From: an uncultured Planctomycetales bacterium
GTDB lineage: Bacteria; Planctomycetota; Phycisphaerae; UBA1845; PWPN01
Direction of reading: 5' to 3'
DNA length: 64,000 nt
Assembly: GCA_964653435.1 (NCBI GenBank)
Contig: CAZZFA010000002.1
Coordinates: forward strand, 604-64,603
The position numbers were made by a program, and so were the translations under genes. The notes under the pieces were generated by a model. It saw only the letters and a list, made by a program, of their open reading frames with translations. It was not told the origin of the DNA and did not search any database. Position 1 is the first letter of the stretch, and each line of letters begins with the position of its first letter. This document shows positions 17,381 through 26,521 of this stretch, in pieces.

Positions 17381-19293
17381 ACGCTGCGGTTCTCGTCGAG
17401 ATCGATCCGCGTCACCAGTTTCGCCGGCAACTCGAGCGTGCCGGCGACTTCCAGCGTCGGGCGCGGCGCACAGGCGCCATAGTACTCGGACGTCCATCCG
17501 CATACGGGATCCGGCCGGCTCCGGCCGTAACGGACGGCCGCGGACAGCCCGTCGGGCCCTTCCACATTCATCGACACCCGACCGCAGGGCAAATCAATGT
17601 TCATACGCCCTGCGGCCGCGTCAAGGGCGAACGGCCCGTCCGCAAAGTGCCACCGCAGCGTGACGGCGTGCCGTCCGCTTCCGAAAAGCTCGTCCGTGAT
17701 GACCCACCTGCGGCCATCCTCGACGGCGACGGTTCGCCGATGCACCACGTTCCACGGGGGGCGGGCGTAGGCGAGGTGTTCGCCTTGCCAGCGATCGGGG
17801 CAATGGTCGAGGCATCGTGCCTCCGGCCACGGCAGCCAGAGGAATCGCGACGCCGGCTCCAGCGGGCCGCGCCCGTCGATCTCGATCGTGTTATGTGCCC
17901 CGATGTCTTTGAAGTACCGCTCCATCGCCGGGTCGTCGGGGACAAAGTATTTGTAGGTTCCGCTGTCGCCCAGCACGTTGACACCCTTGTGCCACAGATC
18001 CACGTGGAGCATGTCCACATGGCCCACACGGTCGCGATACGTGTGGCAGCGGACCATGCACCACGTGTCGCCGTCGCGCAACGTGTAGTAGCCGCCGGCC
18101 TCAAACCGGCTGGAGCGGGGCGCGGCGGGGGCAGGCGGGGGTGCGAGCGCCTCCGGGCCGTAGAGCCACAACAGCATTTCGTCCCACGGTCCCTCGCCGA
18201 GCACACGGCGGCCGGTGGCCGAATAACACCCTGCCTGGACGGTGGGCCGATAATCGGCGTAATCGCACGGACTGAGCGGAAGAACCAAGGCGCCGTCGTT
18301 CGCGCCGTAGTTCGGCACGCGGCCGCTCACCGGATCGAGCATCTCCAGGAGGAATTCGCCGGCCGCCGCGAGCCGCTCCGTCGTCGCATCGGAGAGCGGC
18401 CGGCCGTTCAACTCCGCCAGGCGGGCGGCCCAGAGGCAATCGTGGAGCATCACCCGGTGGTAGTTCATCGAATGCTGAACATAGCTGCCGTCGGCGTAGA
18501 TCTGGCGGCGGGCCTCCTTTTCAAGCACAGCGCGTCCGAGCCGCAGCCATTTGTCGGCCCCGCGCAGCTCGGGAAAGAGCAGGCCGACGGTAATCAGGCC
18601 GACGGCCTCGCTGATCGCGTGGTTATTCTTCTGAGAGACGGCGTAGTCGATGTTGCCGGCGATCCGGCCGGCCTGGATCGCGATAAGCAGGATCAGCGAG
18701 GCGATTCGCTCCGGCGTGGTGGCGCGGGCGTTCCAGAAGCCGTACAGGCCGAAGCACCAGGCCATCGTGCGAAGGGCGGTTTCCTGGCCGCACTTCCAGT
18801 TGGGGCCCATGTTTGGCGGATTCTGCTCCGCCCAGGACTCAAACAACTCCCAGAACGCCTCGGCGTATCGCTCCTGCCTCGTGACGGCGTACGCGCGGAC
18901 GAGCCAGAACGCGCACGCGAATCGGGAGGGCTCCCAGACGTCCTTCACGTCGCCCAGCGCGGGCGAGAACGTCGGGTAATCGCACCAGTGTGTGCGCGCA
19001 TCGTGCTGTCCGCCCGTAAACGGGTTGAGCAGCCAGTTCACCGGCCGGCCCAGGTCGAACACGTGTCGGCTGTAATAGAGAAACCGCCCCTGGGCGAAGT
19101 CATCGGCAACAGCCAGGGTGCGGGCCCTGCCTTCCGGGGTGAGGATGCGGTCCAGCATCGCGGCATCGGGCAGGGCGCCCGGGGCGAAGAAGAAGCGGCC
19201 GCCCGCCGTCCCGCGAAACGCGCGGTAGGCTTCCGGCGTGGTCGGCGTGCCGTTGCATAGTACGTCGGCCAGGCGCAGCGTCGACCGGTCCAC
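17377..19293 (-). CDS. Heparinase II/III-like (alginate-lyase fold) protein, no signal peptide
   Basis: 638 aa from GTG 19293. 'NHAISEAVGL' and 'YADGSYVQHSMNYHRV' are typical of the heparinase II/III family. The in-frame upstream 39-49 codons look coding but lack ATG/GTG/TTG (see findings). Confidence 0.85.
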   Translation of the reverse strand: MDRSTLRLADVLCNGTPTTPEAYRAFRGTAGGRFFFAPGALPDAAMLDRILTPEGRARTLAVADDFAQGRFLYYSRHVFDLGRPVNWLLNPFTGGQHDARTHWCDYPTFSPALGDVKDVWEPSRFACAFWLVRAYAVTRQERYAEAFWELFESWAEQNPPNMGPNWKCGQETALRTMAWCFGLYGFWNARATTPERIASLILLIAIQAGRIAGNIDYAVSQKNNHAISEAVGLITVGLLFPELRGADKWLRLGRAVLEKEARRQIYADGSYVQHSMNYHRVMLHDCLWAARLAELNGRPLSDATTERLAAAGEFLLEMLDPVSGRVPNYGANDGALVLPLSPCDYADYRPTVQAGCYSATGRRVLGEGPWDEMLLWLYGPEALAPPPAPAAPRSSRFEAGGYYTLRDGDTWCMVRCHTYRDRVGHVDMLHVDLWHKGVNVLGDSGTYKYFVPDDPAMERYFKDIGAHNTIEIDGRGPLEPASRFLWLPWPEARCLDHCPDRWQGEHLAYARPPWNVVHRRTVAVEDGRRWVITDELFGSGRHAVTLRWHFADGPFALDAAAGRMNIDLPCGRVSMNVEGPDGLSAAVRYGRSRPDPVCGWTSEYYGACAPRPTLEVAGTLELPAKLVTRIDLDENRSV

Positions 19294-19491
19294 GGCGGGG
19301 AATTGCCGCTTGAGCAGCCCGCTCTTGAGGCGCAGCGCGTACCCGGCGCGGTACAGGATCCATCGCGGTCCCAGTTTGCGGGCGATCTGAATGGAACGTC
19401 TGAGCGAAATAGTCCTTTCTCTGCTTCCGTCCGATCGCAGGCGGCGGCGCTACATCCAAGGCGTCCGCTTGCGCTGCGCGTTCTGTTCCGC

Positions 19492-20565
19492 TCATGCCAG
19501 GACGTCCGGCGCCACGGTGGCGACGATTGCCTTTCCGTCTATCTCTTCCAGCGCCTGGCCGCTGAAAAGGATCGTTTCGTGCGGCCCGGCGCCGCGTGGC
19601 AGCACGAGCGAGCCGAACTGGAAGTAGACGGCGTGCCAGCGGTCCTTCCTCGCCCGGAACACGCGCGTCCACCGCTCCCCGTCGCGCGAGAGCCAGAGAA
19701 CCGCATCCCGGCAGGCGTTGACCCGCGACGGCTCGACGGTGGTCGTCATCGCATACAGGCCGCCGAACCGGCACGCATAGATGCAGCTCCCTTCGAGATC
19801 CATCAGCTTCTGCACGCGGCCGGTGGCCTTCTCGATCGACATCAGTGCGTTCGGCTCCATCTCGGTGTCCGTGCCGTAGAGCATCCGATCGCCGAAATCG
19901 AACATGCACACGGCCCGGTACCGCTGCTCGCCCTTGACCACCCAGTCGAAGCTCCTGAGGTCCTCCGTCAGACGCCCGATGCCCGGCTCGTGGTCGTGGT
20001 CGCCGACCAGCACCCAATACCCGCGGATCGCCGCGTCGTAGACGAGGTTGTGCACGTGGCGGATCTCGGCCGGCTTGAACGTGTGAGCCACCTCGAAACG
20101 GCGGGCGCGGTCGTCCGAGGCATAGATGCGTACCGCCCGGGGGTTGTGCTTGCTGCCGCCGTACTCGCCCCACAGGACGCGATCGCCCGGCCCGACGGTC
20201 AGCGACATCGGCGGCCAGATGGGGACTCCGCCGTCGTCGATGCGGCAGGGTGTCATCGTGGGCTCACCCGGCTGCGCCCGGAAGACCCAGTCCCGATTAC
20301 TGGCGACGTACGTCCCGTCCGAGAGAATCGTGAGGGCCTTGGTTTCATGCCGCAGCAGACGGCAGGCGAGGCGCGATGCCTGCGCCACCCGCCGCCCGAG
20401 CGGCAGCGGCATCTTCGTGACCCGCACCCAGGTCCGGCCCTCGTCGGTGGAGCGGCAGATCACGTAGTGCCGCGAGAGGTAGTACGACCCGTCGGGGTGA
20501 ATGTAGACCGCCCGCCCGCGGGACTCATGCCGTACAAGGAGCCTGGAATCGATCGGACCGGCCAT
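19492..20565 (-). CDS. BNR/Asp-box beta-propeller protein (sialidase-like fold), cytoplasmic
   Basis: 357 aa. Asp-box motifs 'STDEGRTW' and 'SRDGERW'. No N-terminal hydrophobic signal. Confidence 0.7.
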   Translation of the reverse strand: MAGPIDSRLLVRHESRGRAVYIHPDGSYYLSRHYVICRSTDEGRTWVRVTKMPLPLGRRVAQASRLACRLLRHETKALTILSDGTYVASNRDWVFRAQPGEPTMTPCRIDDGGVPIWPPMSLTVGPGDRVLWGEYGGSKHNPRAVRIYASDDRARRFEVAHTFKPAEIRHVHNLVYDAAIRGYWVLVGDHDHEPGIGRLTEDLRSFDWVVKGEQRYRAVCMFDFGDRMLYGTDTEMEPNALMSIEKATGRVQKLMDLEGSCIYACRFGGLYAMTTTVEPSRVNACRDAVLWLSRDGERWTRVFRARKDRWHAVYFQFGSLVLPRGAGPHETILFSGQALEEIDGKAIVATVAPDVLA

Positions 20566-20575
20566 GCTCGTTACG

Positions 20576-22732
20576 CTACTCGATACGGATCGGCTCGCCC
20601 GACCGGGCGGAGGCTACGGCGGCGAACGTCGCCCGCATCACGTTCACGATCTCATCAAGAGGGATGATGCTCGGGGTGCCGGCCGCGATCGAATCGATGA
20701 ACCGGCAGAACTCCTCGCGATGTCCCTTGTCCCACCGGCGCAGCTTCATCTTGCTGAAGCCGCGAAAGCCATAGCCCCGCAGGGCGCGGAAGTTGTCCAG
20801 CCGCAGCGTCCTGCCGGCACAGAAGACCTCGAGCGTCTCCTTCGGATAGGCCTTGTGGCCGTTGCCGAAGTAGTGCAGCGTCCCGATCGAGCCGTCCGCG
20901 AACTCCAGGCTGATCGATGTCTTATCGTCGCGGATCGCCAGGCCTTTCGATTCGCCCACCATCGTCGCGGATACCCGCACGACCCGCGCGCCCGCGAGGA
21001 ACGCCATCAGGTCGATCCAGTGGCACCCTTCCCCGATGATCCGCCCGCCGCCGACCTTCGGGTCGTGGACCCACGAATCGGGCGGAGCGACGCCCGCGTT
21101 GACCATCATGCTCATGCAGAGCGGTTCCATTCGCCCGGCCAGCAGTTCCTTCATCCTGATCACATGGGGCGCGAACCGCCGATTGAAACCGACGACAAGG
21201 TGACGGTCCGCGCGGGACCGCGCGAGGTCGAGAATCTCATCGATCTGTTCGGGGAGCAGGCACAGGGGCTTTTCGACGAACACATGCTTGTCGGCACGCA
21301 GCGCCTCCATGACCAGCGGCGCGTGCATGTCATGGCGTGTGAAGATCACCACGGTGTTGATGTTCGGATCGTTCAGGATCGCGTGGTAGTCGGTGGTGAC
21401 GTTCTCGAATCCGAACTTCCGGCCCGCGTGGGTGGCGGCGACGCCGTTGATGTCGGCCAGGCACGCCAGCCGCGCCGCGGAGGCCGCCAGCGACGGCAAC
21501 CCGTACATCTTCGCGAAGTTTCCCGCGCCGATCACGCCGACGACGGCCCGGGTCTCACGACGGCCGACGCGCGCCGACGGCGGAAGGGCCACCGTCTGCG
21601 CCGGCTCGGCCGGCGCCGTGGGATACTTGAGCAGGATGCCGAGCAGGCCCTTCTCGTCCGTCAGCGCCTGATAGGCCTCCGTCGCCCGGGCGTGCTCGAC
21701 CACGCGGCTCGTCAGCGCGCCGACGCTCAGCTTCCGCGCGGCGAGCAGGTCGAGGACGGCCTCGAAGTTCCGTTGCTCGGTCCAGCGGACGTAGGCGAGG
21801 GGGTAATCCTGCCCGCGGTCCTCGTACGCGGGGTCATACCGGCCGGGGCCGTAGGAGCACGAGACCTGGAAGCTCAGCTCCTTCTTGTAGAAGTCCGAGC
21901 GGCTCAGTTCGAGGCCCACGACGCCTACGAGCACGATGCGGCCGCGTTTGCGGCACATCTGAGCCGCCTGCTTGATGATGTCGTTCGTCCTGGCGGAGGC
22001 CGCAATGATGACGCCGTCGACACCGCGCCCGTCGGTGTGGGCCAGGGCGGCCTCGACCGGATCGGCCGCCGCGGCCGCATCGACGACGGCGGCGCCCAGC
22101 TCCCGCGCCAGGGCCGACCTCGCCGGGTCGGGGTCGATGCCGATGACGCGGCACCCGTTGGCCAGGAGCAGTTGCACGGTCAGCAGCCCGATCAGGCCGA
22201 GCCCCGTCACCGCGATCGTCTCGCCGAGCGTCGGCTCCAGCAGCCGGATCCCCTGCAGGCCGATCGACGCCAGGACGGTATACGCGGCGTCCTCGTCGCT
22301 CACGCCGTCGGGAATCTTCGCGCACAGGTTGCGCGGCACACAGACGATCTCCGCATGCGGCCCGTTGCTGACGACGCGGTCTCCGGCTCGAAAGCCCTGC
22401 ACCCCGTCGCCGACGCCGATCACGACGCCCGCGTTGCAGTAGCCCAGCGGCAGGGGCTCATCCAGGCGCGCAAAGACGGTTTCGAGCGTGGCCAGCAGGC
22501 CCTCCGACTTGATCTTGTCGAGTACCTGCCGGACCTTTTCCGGCTGGGCCCTGGCCTTGGCGAGCAGGCTCGCCTGGCCGAACTCGACGAGCATCCGTTC
22601 CGTGCCGGCCGAGATGAGGCTCGCCCGGGACTGAATGAGCAGATGGCCCGGGCGGACGAGCGGGCACGGCACGTCCGCCACTTCCACCACGCCGGTCTTG
22701 AGATTCTGCAGAACCTGCTTCATGCGTTTCAC
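20576..22732 (-). CDS. Bi-domain oxidoreductase (N-terminal MDR/zinc-ADH-like plus C-terminal Gfo/Idh/MocA)
   Basis: 718 aa. N-terminal half: 'GYCNAGVV' and Rossmann 'VTGLGLIGLL'. C-terminal half: 'VGVIGAGNFAK' and 'KHVFVEKPL', typical of Gfo/Idh/MocA. Confidence 0.85.
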   Translation of the reverse strand: MKRMKQVLQNLKTGVVEVADVPCPLVRPGHLLIQSRASLISAGTERMLVEFGQASLLAKARAQPEKVRQVLDKIKSEGLLATLETVFARLDEPLPLGYCNAGVVIGVGDGVQGFRAGDRVVSNGPHAEIVCVPRNLCAKIPDGVSDEDAAYTVLASIGLQGIRLLEPTLGETIAVTGLGLIGLLTVQLLLANGCRVIGIDPDPARSALARELGAAVVDAAAAADPVEAALAHTDGRGVDGVIIAASARTNDIIKQAAQMCRKRGRIVLVGVVGLELSRSDFYKKELSFQVSCSYGPGRYDPAYEDRGQDYPLAYVRWTEQRNFEAVLDLLAARKLSVGALTSRVVEHARATEAYQALTDEKGLLGILLKYPTAPAEPAQTVALPPSARVGRRETRAVVGVIGAGNFAKMYGLPSLAASAARLACLADINGVAATHAGRKFGFENVTTDYHAILNDPNINTVVIFTRHDMHAPLVMEALRADKHVFVEKPLCLLPEQIDEILDLARSRADRHLVVGFNRRFAPHVIRMKELLAGRMEPLCMSMMVNAGVAPPDSWVHDPKVGGGRIIGEGCHWIDLMAFLAGARVVRVSATMVGESKGLAIRDDKTSISLEFADGSIGTLHYFGNGHKAYPKETLEVFCAGRTLRLDNFRALRGYGFRGFSKMKLRRWDKGHREEFCRFIDSIAAGTPSIIPLDEIVNVMRATFAAVASARSGEPIRIE

Positions 22733-22804
22733 CGATGCCTTCCGCCTCCGGAGCAGGAGGCTGCCGATCCGGAACCGTTCCTGCGTTCTTTCGGTCGGCC
22801 CCTC

Positions 22805-24736
22805 TTACTCAAAGCTCACGTCGAACCGCCGGGCCCACTCGATCAGGTTGATCCACCGCCAGACCCGCATGCTGAAGTGGTCGCCGGTCGCCTTGTACTC
22901 ATTCCATACTCTCACGGCCTCATCGAGGTTCAGGGCGCCGATCCGGGCGGCGGTTTCGCTTCGCAGCGTTCGCTCGACCCACGGGTACAGGGCCGCCATC
23001 CACCCCCGCTCCGGCGTGACGAAGCCGAGCTTGTCGCGGCGGTCGAGGACCGTGTCGGGGACGATCCCCCGCATCGCCGCGCGGAACACCGCCTTCGACG
23101 TGCCGTCAGGGGCGATAATATACTCCTCGGGCAGCGAGAAGAGGAACTCCACGAATTTCGGCGTGAGGAATGGCACGCGGCTCTCGATCGAGAAGGCCAT
23201 CGAGTTGCGGTCCTCGTACCGCAGCAGGTGCGGCAGGTTCTGCGACATCAGGCTCCGATACAGGTGGCCCTTGAGGACGTCGCGCGTCCTCGAATAGTTG
23301 ATCGCCATGCCCTGCACGCCGCGGTCCTGAAACCACGCGGCGTTCATCCAGGAGGGCATCAGATCCTTGCCGACCCACCGCCGCGCCCCGGCCTGCCAGC
23401 GTTGCGGGAGAAGATACTCGCCGCTCCAGGCCAGCAGCCAACGCTTGCCGGCCCCGGGCCACTTCGACGCCCGGCGCAGGAAGCGCGCCGCCTGCACCCA
23501 CCGGCCCTGCCGGATCAGCGACGCCAGGCGGGCGGCCAGGTAAAACCGATATCCGCCCAGGATTTCGTCGGCGCCCTGGCCGTCGAGCATTACCTTGATT
23601 CCCGCCTCGCGGGCCAGCCGGAAGACCCGGTATTGTGCGTAGATTCGTGTGCTGCCGAACGGCTCATCCTGGCTGTAGATCAGGGCATCGAGGTCTGCGA
23701 GAAGCTCTTCGGGGACCGGCCGGACCTTGTGCGTCACGGCCCCGGCCGCCTCTGTCACGACATCGACCCAGCGCTCCTCACTGACCGCCTCGTCGTCGGC
23801 GACATAGCTGAAGGTGTGCAGATCCAGGTCTTTGCCGCCGAGTTGCCGCATCGCCATGACGATGGCCGACGAGTCGATGCCGCCGGAGAGGGCCGTGCCC
23901 ACCGGCACATCGCTGCGCAGGTGCAGCCGCATGTTCTCGAGGAAAAGCTCGCGGGTCCGGCGGGCGGCCTGCTCGAACGACACATCCGCGCGGGTCGTCG
24001 GATCGACGTCCCAGTAGCGGACCGGTTCGGCGTCGTCGAGCTTGTCCAGCCGGATCTGGAGGTAGTGGGCGGGCGGAACCTGCCGCACGTCTTTCAGGAA
24101 CGTCTCGCCCCCGTGGTCGGTGTAGCCGTACCGGAGATACTGGTACAGCCGCTCCGGGTTGATCCGCCGCGGCCGGTCGGCGAATTCGAGCAGGACCTTC
24201 AGCTCGGAGGCGAAGGCAAACCGCCCCTTGTTCACCACGTAGTAGAGCGGCTTGATCCCGAAGAAATCGCGGGCCAGCAGGAGGCGGCGCTCCCGCGTGT
24301 CCAGGATGGCAAACGCGAACATCCCCACCAGTCGCGGCAGCGCGGCCGTGCCCCACCGGGCACAGGCCGTCAGCAGCACCTCCGTATCCGAGCGGGAGCG
24401 GAACGTGTGCCCGAGCCCCTCGAGCTCCTCGCGAAGCTCGACGTAGTTGTAGATCTCGCCGTTGAAAACGATGTAGTACCGCCCGTCCGCGCTGCCCATC
24501 GGCTGCCGGCCGGCCTCGGTCAGATCGATGATCGAGAGCCTTCGGTGCACCAGCGCCGCCTCGGCGTCGGGCAGGTCGTCTCTCCAGTCCCGGGCCGGCC
24601 TTACGCCCGAGCGCCAGTAGAGAAGGCAGCCGTGGTCGTCCGGGCCGCGGTGCGCCAGCTTCCGCAGCGCGAGCGGGACGAACGCGCGATCCACGCGGTC
24701 GGGAGGAGACACGATCAGGCCGGCGATCCCACACAT
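22805..24736 (-). CDS. asnB: Asparagine synthase (glutamine-hydrolysing)-type amidotransferase
   Basis: 643 aa. N-terminal nucleophile 'MCGIAG' and PP-loop 'LSGGIDSS'. Confidence 0.9.
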   Translation of the reverse strand: MCGIAGLIVSPPDRVDRAFVPLALRKLAHRGPDDHGCLLYWRSGVRPARDWRDDLPDAEAALVHRRLSIIDLTEAGRQPMGSADGRYYIVFNGEIYNYVELREELEGLGHTFRSRSDTEVLLTACARWGTAALPRLVGMFAFAILDTRERRLLLARDFFGIKPLYYVVNKGRFAFASELKVLLEFADRPRRINPERLYQYLRYGYTDHGGETFLKDVRQVPPAHYLQIRLDKLDDAEPVRYWDVDPTTRADVSFEQAARRTRELFLENMRLHLRSDVPVGTALSGGIDSSAIVMAMRQLGGKDLDLHTFSYVADDEAVSEERWVDVVTEAAGAVTHKVRPVPEELLADLDALIYSQDEPFGSTRIYAQYRVFRLAREAGIKVMLDGQGADEILGGYRFYLAARLASLIRQGRWVQAARFLRRASKWPGAGKRWLLAWSGEYLLPQRWQAGARRWVGKDLMPSWMNAAWFQDRGVQGMAINYSRTRDVLKGHLYRSLMSQNLPHLLRYEDRNSMAFSIESRVPFLTPKFVEFLFSLPEEYIIAPDGTSKAVFRAAMRGIVPDTVLDRRDKLGFVTPERGWMAALYPWVERTLRSETAARIGALNLDEAVRVWNEYKATGDHFSMRVWRWINLIEWARRFDVSFE

Positions 24737-24742
24737 GCGCCG

Positions 24743-25543
24743 CTACAGCCGTCGTAAGAGGTCGTATCGGCCGTCCAGTTTCATCCGGAAACGCTTCAGG
24801 TCGTCCGTCGGGTGAATGCCCGTCCGGGGCAACTCGTACAGGTCGCACCGCGCCGACAGCGGCCCGCCCATCATCGTACAGCCTGCCCGGTAGCCCGCTT
24901 CCGCCAGCAGCGGCCGCGTCCAGTCCGCGAACGCGTCGGCGTGCCCCTTCGGATAGGCGAAGCTGTACACCGGTCCGCCGAGCCTCTCCTCCAGGAGCTT
25001 CTTCGGCAGCGTGATCTCCTCGCGGGCCCGCTCGCGGTCCTGTCGGGCCACCATCACATGCCGGTGCGAGTGGGCGCCGATCTCGAACCCCGCCGCCGCC
25101 ATCTCGCGCAGGTCCGTCCACGAGAGAAACTCGGTGTCCCGATACTCCGCCAGCCCCTCCGTGGACGGCGTCTGTCGCGATTCGCCGACCCCGGCCGTGG
25201 CCACGAAAAAAGTCGCGGTCATGCCATAGCGCTCGAGGATCGGGCACACGATCGTCCGGTTGTTCGCGCAGCCGTCGTCGAACGTCAGGACGACCGTCCG
25301 CTTGCGGCCGGCGATCGCCGGCCACCCGTCGACCAGATCGCATACGCGACAACTCGCATAGTCCTGCTCGGCCAGGTAGCGGATCTGCTCCTCGAACGCC
25401 TCCGGGGGCATGTGGACCATCGTATTCGGGTGCGCCTGAACGCTGTGGAACGTGAGGATGCGAAGCGACTCGTTCCTTCTTCGCAGCCGACCGAGGCTGC
25501 CGGCAACGGCGTACCGGATCGCGAGCTTGGTGCGGATGTTCAT
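24743..25543 (-). CDS. Polysaccharide deacetylase family protein (CE4)
   Basis: 266 aa. 'LTFDDGCANN' and 'EIGAHSHRH' NodB motifs. Its stop is 6 nt upstream of the asnB start. Confidence 0.85.
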   Translation of the reverse strand: MNIRTKLAIRYAVAGSLGRLRRRNESLRILTFHSVQAHPNTMVHMPPEAFEEQIRYLAEQDYASCRVCDLVDGWPAIAGRKRTVVLTFDDGCANNRTIVCPILERYGMTATFFVATAGVGESRQTPSTEGLAEYRDTEFLSWTDLREMAAAGFEIGAHSHRHVMVARQDRERAREEITLPKKLLEERLGGPVYSFAYPKGHADAFADWTRPLLAEAGYRAGCTMMGGPLSARCDLYELPRTGIHPTDDLKRFRMKLDGRYDLLRRL

Positions 25544-25547
25544 CGCG

Positions 25548-26444
25548 TCAGGCTCGCTTGAGAGGAACCTCGACCCGGGCGACCTGCTCCAGGGCCTCCT
25601 TCATCAGCCGGACATCTTCGGGGCCGGGTGCCGTCATCCCGGCGGACACCAGGCCGGTCTTGCTGCCGACGGCGAGCTTGACGGCCCACAGGATCGGCCG
25701 CGGCGCCAGCGTGGCCAGCCCGAACAGCGTCGTGAACGGGATGCCCATGCGAAACCCGTTGCGGATCAGCGTCATGGCTTTGTACCAGGCCGATTTGGTC
25801 AGCTTCGTCCACGAGCGCGTGTGGCCCACGAAGCGGTAGATATAGAGGGGCTCGGCGACGTTGGAGAACCGGCTTTCCAGATGCGACCGGAAGTACAGGT
25901 CGAATTCGTATCCGGAGATGCCCACGCGCGGGTCGATCCTCCACCTCTTCCACCACTCGGTCTTGCCCATCAGCGCGCCGAACGTCAGGGGAAAGAACAA
26001 CGACGGGTGCCGGACGATCTCCGCGTGGCTCGTGACCGGGCGCCGGACACTGAGGCAGTTCAATTCGACGTCGGTGATAAACGTGCCGGTCCCGAGCACG
26101 TCCACCTCGGGGGCGGCCTCCAGGGCGGCGACCTGCTTCTCCAGCCGGGTCGGCACGATGATGTCATCCGCATCCATTCGCGCGATCCACGTTCCGCGGG
26201 CCATGTCGATGGCCCGGTTGATTGTCGTCGGTGCGCCGAGGTTGCGCTCGTTCCTCGCAATGCGGACCCGCGGGTCGTCGATCCGCTGCAGGTACTCCCA
26301 CGAGCCGTCCGTGGAGCCGTCGTCGATCGCCAGCAGCTCCCAGTCGGTGAACGTCTGGGCAAAGATGGATTGAACGGCCGGCCCGAGGTAGGCGCCGGGG
26401 TTGTACACCGGCATGACGATGCTGATCGCCGGATGCTTGCTCAT
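25548..26444 (-). CDS. Glycosyltransferase family 2
   Basis: In ORF 25548..26702. ATG 26444 gives 'MSKHPAISIVMPVYNPGAYL...LAIDDGSTDGS' and a later 'MDADD' DxD motif. Confidence 0.9.
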   Translation of the reverse strand: MSKHPAISIVMPVYNPGAYLGPAVQSIFAQTFTDWELLAIDDGSTDGSWEYLQRIDDPRVRIARNERNLGAPTTINRAIDMARGTWIARMDADDIIVPTRLEKQVAALEAAPEVDVLGTGTFITDVELNCLSVRRPVTSHAEIVRHPSLFFPLTFGALMGKTEWWKRWRIDPRVGISGYEFDLYFRSHLESRFSNVAEPLYIYRFVGHTRSWTKLTKSAWYKAMTLIRNGFRMGIPFTTLFGLATLAPRPILWAVKLAVGSKTGLVSAGMTAPGPEDVRLMKEALEQVARVEVPLKRA

Positions 26445-26521
26445 GTTGCCTCCGTGGTCCGATGCCGTATCGAATGCGGCTCCGCTCGGGACCTCCTGCC
26501 GCGCCTCGCCGGGTTCGGGCG

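Noticed and set aside
20564-24757. 1397-aa ORF on the plus strand, among the longest in the track
   Set aside because: It is antisense to the bi-domain oxidoreductase and asnB genes, both motif-supported. Its composition is dominated by R, P, G, A and D, and no domain is recognisable. It is an artefact of stop-codon scarcity in GC-rich DNA.
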